Positions 6,702 through 16,516 of a stretch of DNA of 27,551 bases are shown piece by piece. The DNA lies in the IMG/VR virus record IMGVR_UViG_3300027892_002409, positions 1 to 27,551 of that record. One strand, given 5' to 3'. Made by a program: the position numbers and the translations under genes. Below the pieces are notes generated by a model that was given only the letters and a program-made list of their open reading frames with translations, had not been told where the DNA came from and searched no databases. The stretch comes from a virus. Lineage: Duplodnaviria; Caudoviricetes. Positions within the stretch are counted from its first letter, which is position 1. Every line of letters begins with the position of its first letter.

Positions 6702-7434
6702 ACATCTTCTCATAACTTCTAACAATTAATTCTGCAAATTCATCTAATTTTTTACCATAGCCGTAACTATGCCCTATAACGTGAACCCGAGGTATATTGC
6801 TAAAATTAATAACGCTATGGTAGTTTCGTATGTTAACTATGAAAGCTGTGCCTTCTTTAAATGGAACAACCCCATATCCTTCCAATACCATATAACAATC
6901 GTCAGGATGGATGACTGCTACATTGATAGGTACACCAAAATCTAACATATCCATACCTGTCTCTCCAGGCAATTTGCCCGGCATATCGCTATGTGGAGTT
7001 ATTGCAGAGCCAGGAGTGAGTTCCATAAAACGTATGCGTCGATAATTATCAGTCGGAAACACATTTTGCCAAAAGTGTTTAACAGTAGGCACCTTGCAAG
7101 CTAGTTCTGTCCAATGGTAAGGCACATCATCTTCATTGGTATACCCATAGTTTGTCCAAGCACCTGTCTTAGCTGTATCAATACCATGTATGCAACAACT
7201 ATTCCAACCAGTGTTATTATCTTCACGATGTGCTACCAAGTAAGACTCTGCTTGCTGTGCTTCTGATTGCCAATCTTTTAGATCAATGGTTAGGTCTAAC
7301 TTGATCCAGCCAAAGTTGGCATCGTTCAAAATCCATTGTGCTTTTTCAATAGTAGATATCAAATGGGTAGGAATTGGTTCTATGGTCCATACGCAGTCTT
7401 TATTGTTGTTATAGAATTCTAAGGCCGATATCAT
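6694..7434 (-). CDS. AspH-like 2OG-Fe(II) oxygenase
   Basis: RIRFMELTPG..ITPHSD ... YHSVIN...RVH (HxD...H...R). Confidence 0.8.
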   Translation of the reverse strand: MISALEFYNNNKDCVWTIEPIPTHLISTIEKAQWILNDANFGWIKLDLTIDLKDWQSEAQQAESYLVAHREDNNTGWNSCCIHGIDTAKTGAWTNYGYTNEDDVPYHWTELACKVPTVKHFWQNVFPTDNYRRIRFMELTPGSAITPHSDMPGKLPGETGMDMLDFGVPINVAVIHPDDCYMVLEGYGVVPFKEGTAFIVNIRNYHSVINFSNIPRVHVIGHSYGYGKKLDEFAELIVRSYEKMYD

Positions 7435-7439
7435 AATAC

Positions 7440-7468
7440 TACTTATCTGTTGATAAATGCTATAAGTA
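7440..7468. promoter_or_regulatory. Divergent late-promoter-like pair
   Basis: Minus-strand ATAAGTA (7446-7440) 5 nt before ATG 7434; plus-strand TATAAGTA (7461-7468) 5 nt before ATG 7474. Confidence 0.7.
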
Positions 7469-7473
7469 ATGAT

Positions 7474-8013
7474 ATGAAACTATTATTAGACCCTTCTACA
7501 TATATCGATAACGACAAACTTCCTACATTAGTCGATTTAGTTGAAGAATTTTCAAAGCAAGATCTGTCTCATTTATGGTTCGATGTAGGCGAAGTCCATG
7601 TTGGCCGATCTATTAATTGGAAATCTATTGCGTATGATTTGCGTGATAAACACTTCGCTAGCAAAGAGCTAGAAGAAAAGCTGGCGCCGATTGTTGAATA
7701 TGCAGAGACCATAGTTGGTTTGAAACGTGTGACCATTAACTTTTTGGAAGGGTATTCGTTCATGCCTATACATGTCGACGGTGATGAAGACATACCAGAA
7801 TACGATACTAGAAACGGATCGTATAATGTTGTTGTTCCTGTAACTGATCATGGACAATCTATAGTTGATTATGTTGTAGTTAAAAATAAGAAAGGGTATC
7901 CTCTTATTTTTCATGGACAAGTTCCACACGGCGCTATGAACGACACGTTACAAACAAGAATAACACTGTTCTTAATAGTTGATAAAACAAGATTTATATA
8001 TGACAGCGCCTAA
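7474..8013 (+). CDS. AspH-like 2OG-Fe(II) oxygenase
   Basis: MPIHVD ... PHGAMN...TRITL; start set at ATG 7474. Confidence 0.75.
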   Translation: MKLLLDPSTYIDNDKLPTLVDLVEEFSKQDLSHLWFDVGEVHVGRSINWKSIAYDLRDKHFASKELEEKLAPIVEYAETIVGLKRVTINFLEGYSFMPIHVDGDEDIPEYDTRNGSYNVVVPVTDHGQSIVDYVVVKNKKGYPLIFHGQVPHGAMNDTLQTRITLFLIVDKTRFIYDSA

Positions 8014-8866
8014 CGATAAACGACAACTGCTGTATGGTGAATCAACTGCTATACTCGATGCTGATGTATTAAGCAGCATTAATCTAACCAGTATTAATTT
8101 AACTACTGATTGCGCAGCAGAGTTTTGCTCTAGCTACAAAAAATGGATATTGTCTAGCAAGTTGAATAACATCAAGGGCCTTGATCAATATCCATTTATG
8201 TGTTATAGCAATGGTACCACAGAAGCATTTGATAAATTTTATATCAAGAATCACACACGCAGGTTCCGTTGTTTTAGGGGCGAGTATGTCTACCATAGAC
8301 TAACTTGGCGTAACAGTTGGCCTAACTGGACCTGGCTTGATGACGAATGTTTAGATACAAATGACGCTGTAGTTATTAGCTTACCATTTAGTGATACAGG
8401 CAACGCTCACAGTTTACATGAAGCATTGTTAGACAAGTGTGATGAGTTAGGTATACCGGTGTTGGTAGATTGTGCATATTTTGGTATATGCGAAGGGTTA
8501 AATTTTAATTTTGATCATACATGTATAACAGATATTACATTTAGTTTATCTAAAGTATTTCCAGTAGCACACGCAAGAATAGGTATTCGGTTTACTCGCA
8601 TTGATGATGATGACCCGTTGTTTGTTGTAAACAAGATTGGTTATACAAATAGGCTAGGCTCACAGATAGGATTACAACTTATTAACAACTTTTCTCCTGA
8701 CTATATCTATATCAAGTATAGAGATAGACAACTAGAAATTTGCAAAGAGTTAAATGTTACACCAAGCAGAACAGTGCTGTTTGGGATAGGTGGAGAGCAG
8801 TGGGTAGAGTATAACAGAGGAACTACTACTAATAGATTAAGTTTCAACAAGGTATATGAAGGGTAA
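8000..8866 (+). CDS. PLP-dependent enzyme (fold type I, aminotransferase-like)
   Basis: GTTEAF, LVDCAYFG (DxAY) and FSLSKVFPVAHARIG (Schiff-base Lys motif). Confidence 0.78.
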   Translation: MTAPNDKRQLLYGESTAILDADVLSSINLTSINLTTDCAAEFCSSYKKWILSSKLNNIKGLDQYPFMCYSNGTTEAFDKFYIKNHTRRFRCFRGEYVYHRLTWRNSWPNWTWLDDECLDTNDAVVISLPFSDTGNAHSLHEALLDKCDELGIPVLVDCAYFGICEGLNFNFDHTCITDITFSLSKVFPVAHARIGIRFTRIDDDDPLFVVNKIGYTNRLGSQIGLQLINNFSPDYIYIKYRDRQLEICKELNVTPSRTVLFGIGGEQWVEYNRGTTTNRLSFNKVYEG

Positions 8867-9920
8867 AATAATTAATTTTGAGATACTACATGTCAGCGAG
8901 GAAGAGCGCCGTAGTAGTATTATCAATCAACTAGAGTCTGCTAAAGAACAAGGGTACGATATTGTATACGGCCTGTTGCTGATGGACGGATTCTTATACC
9001 GTAATCCTGAAACATTTCCTGTAGAGATACCAGTAAAATTAATAGCAGGAATGTGCGAGCATCCCGACCATTTGTATCTCAATTACTATCATCGCATTGT
9101 TTATAATAGTTTTAAAAATACTCAATTGCCTAAATGGAATAGTGATAGTAAATCATTCTTGTTCTTAGGTGGTGTTCCTAGTAGACTAAATCGTATTAAC
9201 TTACTGAGCAAGTTCTACGATAGTAACATGTTAGATAATGCTGTGTGGTCGTTCTTCCCGCCATGGACTGATGCAGATAAGATTTGGTGCCGTACAGCAA
9301 TGCTACACTATACCGACGAACAATACTTAAAATTTTTATCTAGGTGCGAACGGCGTGTAGATGAGAGGTACGAAGAATCGAAGAACTATTCTCGAATCTC
9401 TCGAAAAGAGTGGGACGAACAAGACACATACAATCAACCATGGGTCAACGACTTGGCATGGGTAAATCCACAAATATTTGCTGATACAGTATTAAGTATT
9501 GTAAGTGAAGGCAATGCATACGATCCTGCCACTAACTATAGCTTCTTAACTGAAAAAACCTGGCGTGCCGTTGCTATGAGGCATCCTTTTATATTTTCCG
9601 GTTACCCTGAACAATTTGATTATGCCAAGAGTTTAGGGTTATGCACATTTGAACAATACATGCTAATTAAAGATTATGCTTATATTACAGATGAAGACAA
9701 GCGGTTAGACGCTGTGGTTGTAAATACTAAGTATTTTATAGACAACTACAATCAATACAACAACGAAATAGGTAAAGATATAGAACATAACTACAGTTTG
9801 TTTATGGAACTTTTTAAAAAAGATAACAAGCTCCTTAACTCGTTGGCAATTACAGAATATGACAAAGAACAATGGTTTAACCAAACTGGATTTTCTCACT
9901 TGTTAAAAATACAAAAATGA
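8856..9920 (+). CDS. Hypothetical protein, possible glycosyltransferase (GT10-like TEK motif)
   Basis: FLFLGG.P.RLNR and SIVSE...FLTEKTWRAVAMRHPFI resemble the E...TEK nucleotide-sugar motif; function tentative. Confidence 0.45.
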   Translation: MKGKIINFEILHVSEEERRSSIINQLESAKEQGYDIVYGLLLMDGFLYRNPETFPVEIPVKLIAGMCEHPDHLYLNYYHRIVYNSFKNTQLPKWNSDSKSFLFLGGVPSRLNRINLLSKFYDSNMLDNAVWSFFPPWTDADKIWCRTAMLHYTDEQYLKFLSRCERRVDERYEESKNYSRISRKEWDEQDTYNQPWVNDLAWVNPQIFADTVLSIVSEGNAYDPATNYSFLTEKTWRAVAMRHPFIFSGYPEQFDYAKSLGLCTFEQYMLIKDYAYITDEDKRLDAVVVNTKYFIDNYNQYNNEIGKDIEHNYSLFMELFKKDNKLLNSLAITEYDKEQWFNQTGFSHLLKIQK

Positions 9921-10564
9921 AGTACAACTACATATACGATATACAAAACTACACTAGCTTTGATAAGTTACAAGAGCTAACGGATATATGTCGATCAGAA
10001 TTAAAACTTATTGACTGGAAACAGTTTGTTATAGATATACAATTAACAGAAAAAGAAATCGATGTTCTTGGACCGTCGTGGCGTTATGGCACTGGTAATG
10101 CATCTCAGTTAGTTGAATGCGTAGAAAGTAACACCGTTGGCACCGTAGCACCTCCTACAAGTGAGCTAGGTACATATATGTGGTTTGTATTGTTTCCGGC
10201 AGGCGGTGACTATGTCAATTATAGAATCAATTCGTTAGTTCGTACCCTATTCCCAAAGACACTAACTGCTATCAACAATTTATCAGGATTACATCATGCT
10301 AATATGAATGTGATATCTCCTAAATTTAGAGTACCAAAGCATATTGATGAACCTTCGGGAAATGTGCTAACTGTAATTGTAACATTTAAAATATCAAAGA
10401 CTACTCCTGAGCTTGCAATTTTAAATATTGCTGGCACAGATCATAGTATGAAAGATCGTGAGTATTTTGTATTTGATTCCAAATTAGAACATTACGGAGA
10501 TAATTCATCTGATGATGACTGGATTGCATTAGCATTACAAATTACCAACACGGAATTTAAATGA
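9917..10564 (+). CDS. AspH-like 2OG-Fe(II) oxygenase
   Basis: ISP...VPKHID ... FVFDSKLEHYGDN. Confidence 0.78.
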   Translation: MKYNYIYDIQNYTSFDKLQELTDICRSELKLIDWKQFVIDIQLTEKEIDVLGPSWRYGTGNASQLVECVESNTVGTVAPPTSELGTYMWFVLFPAGGDYVNYRINSLVRTLFPKTLTAINNLSGLHHANMNVISPKFRVPKHIDEPSGNVLTVIVTFKISKTTPELAILNIAGTDHSMKDREYFVFDSKLEHYGDNSSDDDWIALALQITNTEFK

Positions 10565-11208
10565 CACATTTAATACCTTTAGAAAGTTATAAAGACTTTG
10601 ATAAAATTTTAGAGTTAGCACAAATCTGTAATAATGAAATGTCTCATATAAATTGGGACGACATTAAGGCCGATTTGTTATCTCAACCAAAAGATGTTGT
10701 ACCAAGTAACACTGTTCGCTGGATGGAACACATTGCCAATGTTGATGTTGGTGAAGTTGGCTATCGAGACAATAATCGGGAACTTGAATTATGTGTCCCT
10801 GAAATGCCAGAAGAAGTCGGTAGTTGGTTTTATATAAGTTTAAAGGACGGATACCAAATACGTACCGACCATAAGCAATATATTAATGCCGCATTTAAAA
10901 ATACAATGGAATACATTAGTACATTATCTAAGGCAGTGCATGTTAGTATCAACATTTTTAGTCCGCATATGGTCTCGCCAGATCATACTGACGGGTTTCC
11001 AGATTATAATTCGATATTGCTAACATTTAAAACATCAAAAAACAATCCAGAGAATGTTATGGCATCAATCGACGGTGAAGAATTTATTTTCAAAGATCGA
11101 GAATTTTTTGTTTTTGATCCAGAAATCCCGCACTCGGGCGTGAATAAATCCGACGATGATTGGTGCTTTTTAATCATAAGAATAGATAAATCAGAATTTA
11201 GTCAATAA
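10561..11208 (+). CDS. AspH-like 2OG-Fe(II) oxygenase (tandem paralog of 9917-10564)
   Basis: FSP...PDHTD ... FVFDPEIPHSGVN; same length and shared blocks with its neighbour. Confidence 0.78.
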   Translation: MTHLIPLESYKDFDKILELAQICNNEMSHINWDDIKADLLSQPKDVVPSNTVRWMEHIANVDVGEVGYRDNNRELELCVPEMPEEVGSWFYISLKDGYQIRTDHKQYINAAFKNTMEYISTLSKAVHVSINIFSPHMVSPDHTDGFPDYNSILLTFKTSKNNPENVMASIDGEEFIFKDREFFVFDPEIPHSGVNKSDDDWCFLIIRIDKSEFSQ

Positions 11209-11212
11209 CATT

Positions 11213-11800
11213 ATGTTTAAATTTTTATTCCCTACAATAATATTAGAAGAACAGTTAGCTGGTTCGGTACTTATTAATATTCAAAATGAGCTTGATGAGC
11301 TATTACCCAATTTACAGTTTTCATTATACTCTGTTGACGATACCGGCGGCTTAATGATGAGTGACGAGGGTGTTCAGACAACTAATAATATTATTGAACG
11401 TTATAATTTAACAAAATTAGAAGCCGAAATAATACGCTGTGCAAATAAGTATTTGAAAGAAACAAATACAATTGCGGAAGTAGATTTTAAAATAACAACG
11501 TCGATGATGACGCTGTTACCTCCGCAATCTGTATCAACAAGCCATATGCATCTGTCAAGTTGTTTAGTAGTAGTGTATTATTATAAAACTCCAGACCACG
11601 GAGGAAACTTGAGATTGTTTAATCCTAGTTCAACGTTGGAGTTTTATAAAGATGAATACGTAGACATTGTTCCAACTGAGGGAAAATTAATTGTATTTCC
11701 AGGATGGCTTTATCACAAAGTTCTTAAAAATAATAGCAATCTTGTTCGTCGTAGTATTGCTATTACAATACAAATTTACAAAGATTTAATTAATAAATGA
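11213..11800 (+). CDS. 2OG-Fe(II) oxygenase, TIGR02466-like
   Basis: LFPT N-terminus, SHMH, VYY, GNLRLFNP, EGKLIVFPGWLYHKV..N....RRSIA. Confidence 0.85.
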   Translation: MFKFLFPTIILEEQLAGSVLINIQNELDELLPNLQFSLYSVDDTGGLMMSDEGVQTTNNIIERYNLTKLEAEIIRCANKYLKETNTIAEVDFKITTSMMTLLPPQSVSTSHMHLSSCLVVVYYYKTPDHGGNLRLFNPSSTLEFYKDEYVDIVPTEGKLIVFPGWLYHKVLKNNSNLVRRSIAITIQIYKDLINK

Positions 11801-12852
11801 AAATATCATCACATAACCATTGGGATCCACTAGAAGAGATTATTGTAGGCAGGGCAGACAATGCCCGTGTTCCTACAGTAGATGCCAGCACCATGAGCAT
11901 GTGCTATACTAATCACAACATAGAAACAATCAAGCCATTAGCAGGTCAGTATCCACAAAGCCTCATCGACGAAGCTAATGAAGACATGGAAGCACTAGTT
12001 AGCGCATTGGAGCAATGTCACGTTAAAGTACATCGTCCTGAAATACAGGATAACGCTAAAGAGTTTAGTACACCTGAATGGTCTACTACTGGTTGGTACA
12101 CTTGGTGTCCTCGTGATTTGCTATTGCCATTAGACAATCTAATGATTGAAACACCGAGTCCATGTCGTGCTAGGTATTTTGAAACCCGTGCGTATCACGA
12201 CATTATGATAGATGCTGTTAAGGACGGTGTTGAGTGGATTGCCGCGCCCAAACCTATCCTAACAGATGCTAGCTATAACTTTACAGATTTGAGTCAGCCA
12301 AGTTTAACTAACCTTGAGCCGGTGTTTGATGCTCCTAACTGTATACGCCTAGGTAAGGACATACTGTTTCAAATTAGCAACACTGGCAATCACTTAGGAT
12401 TACAGTGGCTACGAAACACGCTAGAGCGTCGTGGATATCGTGTACATGCCGCAGAACACATTTACAGTTTCGCACACATGGACAGTACTATCATTCCATT
12501 GCGTCCAGGACTGGTATTGCTTAATAGTACTCGCGTTAATCCCAACAACTGTCCTAAGTTATTTGAATCGTGGGACAAGATTTACTTCCAAGATGTTGCT
12601 CCTATTGTTCCACCTACAAGTGGGCCGGGCAGTATTAGTCCGTGTAGTCCATACATTGGTATGAACATACTCAGTGTTGATCCTAATACAGTATGTGTGG
12701 GCAACACACAACTATCATTGATACGTGAATTGGAAAAACGCAAGTTTACAGTTATTCCGTTACCCATGCGACATGCTGCTACCCTAAGCGGTGGATTCCA
12801 TTGCGCTACACTAGACTTGCGCCGAACTGGCTCACTAGAGAATTATTTCTGA
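11797..12852 (+). CDS. Amidinotransferase (glycine/inosamine-phosphate amidinotransferase family)
   Basis: SHNHWDPLEEIIVG, CPRD, FDA (Asp), HMDST (His) and GGFHC (Cys): catalytic triad intact. Confidence 0.92.
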   Translation: MKISSHNHWDPLEEIIVGRADNARVPTVDASTMSMCYTNHNIETIKPLAGQYPQSLIDEANEDMEALVSALEQCHVKVHRPEIQDNAKEFSTPEWSTTGWYTWCPRDLLLPLDNLMIETPSPCRARYFETRAYHDIMIDAVKDGVEWIAAPKPILTDASYNFTDLSQPSLTNLEPVFDAPNCIRLGKDILFQISNTGNHLGLQWLRNTLERRGYRVHAAEHIYSFAHMDSTIIPLRPGLVLLNSTRVNPNNCPKLFESWDKIYFQDVAPIVPPTSGPGSISPCSPYIGMNILSVDPNTVCVGNTQLSLIRELEKRKFTVIPLPMRHAATLSGGFHCATLDLRRTGSLENYF

Positions 12853-13328
12853 TGAAAGGCAAAGCCAACAACATATTTCCGTTTTGGAAAAATGATTTAT
12901 CTACATTTAAATTTTTAGATAAAACTCCTATTGCACCCCACGCTGTACCCCATGCCAACTACCAAGGAACAATACTCAAACAATCATTCAACGAAAATGT
13001 ACCCGATTACATACAGTATTACAATACATTAGGAGTAGAACACGGAAGTGTGTGTTGGCTATGTCTCGAGCCAACAGAAATGATTCCTATTCATCGAGAT
13101 TCTTTTTATATGCTTAAAACTAAGATGAATGTTAAAGTAGAAGATTGTGTACGATATCTTATAATGTTAGAAGATTGGGCGCCGGGCCACATAGTACAAT
13201 TAGACGATCTAGTATTAGCAGACTGGAAGGCCGGAGATGTGTGGTACTTTGATAGCACAGTTCTACACTGGACGGCAAACTGCGGAGCAACTAATTTTTA
13301 TAGTTGTCAAGTAAGTACATTAAAATGA
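12852..13328 (+). CDS. 2OG-Fe(II) oxygenase-like protein
   Basis: IPIHRD ... WKAGD ... LHWTAN; TGATG stop/start overlap. Confidence 0.72.
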   Translation: MKGKANNIFPFWKNDLSTFKFLDKTPIAPHAVPHANYQGTILKQSFNENVPDYIQYYNTLGVEHGSVCWLCLEPTEMIPIHRDSFYMLKTKMNVKVEDCVRYLIMLEDWAPGHIVQLDDLVLADWKAGDVWYFDSTVLHWTANCGATNFYSCQVSTLK

Positions 13329-14455
13329 ACATTTTAGAATTTACCCCTGGCTGGAAAACTGACATTGCATTTTGCTTTGTGGATAACACTCGATCATATC
13401 AATCTGGTATTCGTGAGTTTATGAAAAATCAAGCAGACGGCACCTTGTCAAATGTATACGCAAAAAAGTGGACAATCTATCAGTGGATTGACGAAGATGC
13501 ACTGCTGCGACATGCGTGTAATAACGGGCATAAGTGGGCTGTTGTGTCTAGTACTGGCACAGAGTTTATCAATGGCTCTGAATTTTTTGATGCTGTTCAA
13601 TCAATGGTTAAAAAAGATTTCTTCATTGCTGGCCATGTTCTGGATAGGTCAGAAGCATACTATGAGCTACATCATCAATGTTATATTATCAACTTGGAAA
13701 AATACAAAGAGTTAGGTCAGCCAGTAGTAGGCGAGCAAGAATTAGGTAGCAAGCATATACAGTATATTCCCGAGCGTAGTAATGATAATATACATGACGA
13801 CTATACTCCGTTAACGGTAACTCACGGAAATTATACTAGAGAAGAATATCAACATAAATGCCACGGATGGCATATTCTAAGCATAGCATTTGATAATAAA
13901 GAAACTGTATTAATTTTTGATGAAACTATTCGTAATAATAAAAAACATTTCTATCCAGAAAGTCCTAAAGATTTTTATAAAAATTTAAGTTGGGCTTATT
14001 ACAGATTAAATTATTGTCACACTACGTTTGTGCATACTAGTAATACAGAAACAATAGACTTGCCAGTTAGACAGTATAAACAAATTGTAACTCCTGCAAG
14101 TGGGGTATGGTTTACAGATTATCTTGCGCCTGGCGGCAACGTTATCATGTACGATTACAATACGGCATCATTGAATTATTGGCAAATGCAGCATCCTGAA
14201 TATAAATTTGTGCAGTGTGATTTATTAGGTGAAAATAACTTGTTGGATTGTATAGATACTAGTATACCGGATACTTTCATTAATTTATCAAATATTTTTA
14301 ACTACGAAGGTACTGTATTTTTTCACAGTCTAGCCTATAGAAAGTATAAAGAAACAGAACTTGTAAATAGAATTAAATCAGTGTTACCATCTGTAACTAT
14401 AAATTTTAGTATGCAGTCGGAGTTGTTTGATATTGTTCCCACATGGCATCTTTAA
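13325..14455 (+). CDS. Hypothetical protein
   Basis: 376-aa ORF coupled by an ATGA overlap; C-terminal YDYN...CDLL...INLSNIF is loosely methyltransferase-like, but no firm family call. Confidence 0.75.
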   Translation: MNILEFTPGWKTDIAFCFVDNTRSYQSGIREFMKNQADGTLSNVYAKKWTIYQWIDEDALLRHACNNGHKWAVVSSTGTEFINGSEFFDAVQSMVKKDFFIAGHVLDRSEAYYELHHQCYIINLEKYKELGQPVVGEQELGSKHIQYIPERSNDNIHDDYTPLTVTHGNYTREEYQHKCHGWHILSIAFDNKETVLIFDETIRNNKKHFYPESPKDFYKNLSWAYYRLNYCHTTFVHTSNTETIDLPVRQYKQIVTPASGVWFTDYLAPGGNVIMYDYNTASLNYWQMQHPEYKFVQCDLLGENNLLDCIDTSIPDTFINLSNIFNYEGTVFFHSLAYRKYKETELVNRIKSVLPSVTINFSMQSELFDIVPTWHL

Positions 14456-15164
14456 TTACTAAACGGCCATTGTCATGATTGTCAATCGCTTCGATAATCA
14501 TGTCAGCTACTAATTTATTATTTAAAGCACTACCTAAATGATTTGCAGCCATATTGTCATTTAATGTGTTTCTACCAATTGCACTAAAACATTTTAAACT
14601 GGGGCGGATTTCTGTACCTGTTTGCCAGCGGTATATATAATTTATATTAGAAGGATAGTAAGGATTTTCTTGATCCCACGTATTCGCAACTCCAAAACTC
14701 CATAGGTGAATAATTTTAGTTTTATTCTGTATTTTTGAAAGCACTTCTCTATCAAAGTGATAAAATGCTGCAATCGATTCACGTTGACCTTTTTCATAAT
14801 CGTATAAATGGGTAAAGTATTCGCGGCCGGCACGATACTCTTTGTAATTTAACAAATGTTTGTAATGTATATCCTTCCATTCACGTTTGTTTAACAACCA
14901 TGATCCTAAATTTCTTACGTTAGGGTGATACAAGCGACTAGAATCTGTCCAACAAAATACACAAACATCGGGCAAGTTATTTTCATGAGGCGGAAATTGT
15001 TTAATAATAGAATCCCAATAACTACTGCCACCTACTCCTAAGTTGACCACTTCGGCATTATAATGATTCTTGATAAGTTTTAAATATGTAACATATTTGT
15101 AATACCAGCTGTGTGGATTACTTAACTCGTAAACAAAGCTGTCTCCAAAAAATCCTATTTTCAT
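14406..15164 (-). CDS. SGNH/GDSL hydrolase-fold protein
   Basis: FFGDSF (block I), NLGVGGSS (block II) and C-terminal ANH. Confidence 0.72.
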   Translation of the reverse strand: MKIGFFGDSFVYELSNPHSWYYKYVTYLKLIKNHYNAEVVNLGVGGSSYWDSIIKQFPPHENNLPDVCVFCWTDSSRLYHPNVRNLGSWLLNKREWKDIHYKHLLNYKEYRAGREYFTHLYDYEKGQRESIAAFYHFDREVLSKIQNKTKIIHLWSFGVANTWDQENPYYPSNINYIYRWQTGTEIRPSLKCFSAIGRNTLNDNMAANHLGSALNNKLVADMIIEAIDNHDNGRLVIKDAMWEQYQTTPTAY

Positions 15165-15655
15165 ATATACTCCGTAACTAACAACATGATACGTGGCGTA
15201 TGACCGATATTAGCGGCACCGTGTGTATCAGTTGCAGTTTCAAACTGAAATACATCACCTGCCTTATATCCTGTGATCATTTCGTCTTTATAGATAAACA
15301 CATGACCAGCTGTATAATTTTGTAACGGCATCCAGTACCTCTTACAAGGCGTGTCGTAGGCATGTGGATCTGTGTGCATTGGCATATACTGTCCTGGTAA
15401 CATTTTAGTAAACCACCAGTGTATGCGGCCTGTGGTCCATGTTGGTGTGATTTGTAAGTTTAAATCTTGTTCTTCGTATACCCACCAGTTAACAGCATTT
15501 AAGTCATAGCCCGCCATTCTGTATCTACTATATTCAGCAGATTCAACAGCAGTAGAAGGAGGCCAGTCTCTTGGGCGAGCTTGCCCGGTCATCGTCAGTA
15601 TTTTGTGTTCCCATAAAGGATCAATCCAATGAGTATAGTTACCTAAGTATTTCAT
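15161..15655 (-). CDS. 2OG-Fe(II) oxygenase-like protein
   Basis: PGQYMPMHTD ... YKAGD ... THGAANIG..PR. Confidence 0.78.
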   Translation of the reverse strand: MKYLGNYTHWIDPLWEHKILTMTGQARPRDWPPSTAVESAEYSRYRMAGYDLNAVNWWVYEEQDLNLQITPTWTTGRIHWWFTKMLPGQYMPMHTDPHAYDTPCKRYWMPLQNYTAGHVFIYKDEMITGYKAGDVFQFETATDTHGAANIGHTPRIMLLVTEYI

Positions 15656-16470
15656 TAGTAACTATCCAAATGATTAATACCTAATTTAGCACGAAACTCG
15701 TCTGTGAATTTACAATCCACACGTAACGCATAGTCTTGTTCGCCTATGCTGTCGCCACCGTGCCAATCTTCATCATTCCAAAAGCCAGCGTTGCTGTTAA
15801 TGTAGTGCTTGTTTTCAGTGTCTGGATCCCAAACATAAAATCCACGTTTGGTTCTAAATCGTATGTGTATAAATTCGTTACGGTGTTCAGTGTATGAATT
15901 CTTTTCTAACACTCCATTGTTGGCATCTAAATCTCTATGCTCGAATCCCAGTCCGTTGTGATCACAGTGGAAGAATATAACACGGCCAATTTGGCTGATA
16001 ATATTTTGTTCTACTAGATTGTTGACCCATGCAACTACACCTGGAAAGAACTTGCTTTCTTCTGTGGTCTCACGCTTTGCTCCACGATTGTTCCAATCGC
16101 CTTGATCCCAGAGGAAATAGTAAATGTAAGGGTCGCTGGCACCCATGGCCATTTTTAAATAGCGAGTAAACGTATTGCGATTTTTAAAATTGCTCAGATC
16201 TGTAAAATACATAGGGTCGCCAACAACACGTATAGGATCGTTTTCTGGTAATGCCAAGTATTCTTCTACAGCCTTGTATATGGGTTTCCAGTTAACTATG
16301 TAACTAGCATCTTTCCAATCAAATCCAGGTTTCATCCAAGTGCCTTCTTTGGCATAATCTCTTGCCAAAGCAAAGCCCTTACATATTTCTGGGTGCAAGT
16401 TTTTGAACCCGTTGATGTCTAAAAATGGGTCTAAATTTATATAGGGGTGTCCACCAATACCGCGTATCAT
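15655..16470 (-). CDS. 2OG-Fe(II) oxygenase-like (cupin) protein
   Basis: FEHRD ... DWHGG ... ALRVD; start at ATG 16470 (MIRGIG) avoids overlap with the divergent gene. Confidence 0.62.
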   Translation of the reverse strand: MIRGIGGHPYINLDPFLDINGFKNLHPEICKGFALARDYAKEGTWMKPGFDWKDASYIVNWKPIYKAVEEYLALPENDPIRVVGDPMYFTDLSNFKNRNTFTRYLKMAMGASDPYIYYFLWDQGDWNNRGAKRETTEESKFFPGVVAWVNNLVEQNIISQIGRVIFFHCDHNGLGFEHRDLDANNGVLEKNSYTEHRNEFIHIRFRTKRGFYVWDPDTENKHYINSNAGFWNDEDWHGGDSIGEQDYALRVDCKFTDEFRAKLGINHLDSY

Positions 16471-16473
16471 GCT

Positions 16474-16494
16474 ACTACTTAGCTGATAAGTAGT
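16474..16494. promoter_or_regulatory. Divergent late-promoter-like pair forming an inverted repeat
   Basis: ACTACTTA-gctga-TAAGTAGT; minus-strand CTAAGTA 5 nt before ATG 16470; plus-strand GATAAGTA upstream of ATG 16517. Confidence 0.68.
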
Positions 16495-16516
16495 TACATA
16501 AAAGAGAAATTGAAAA

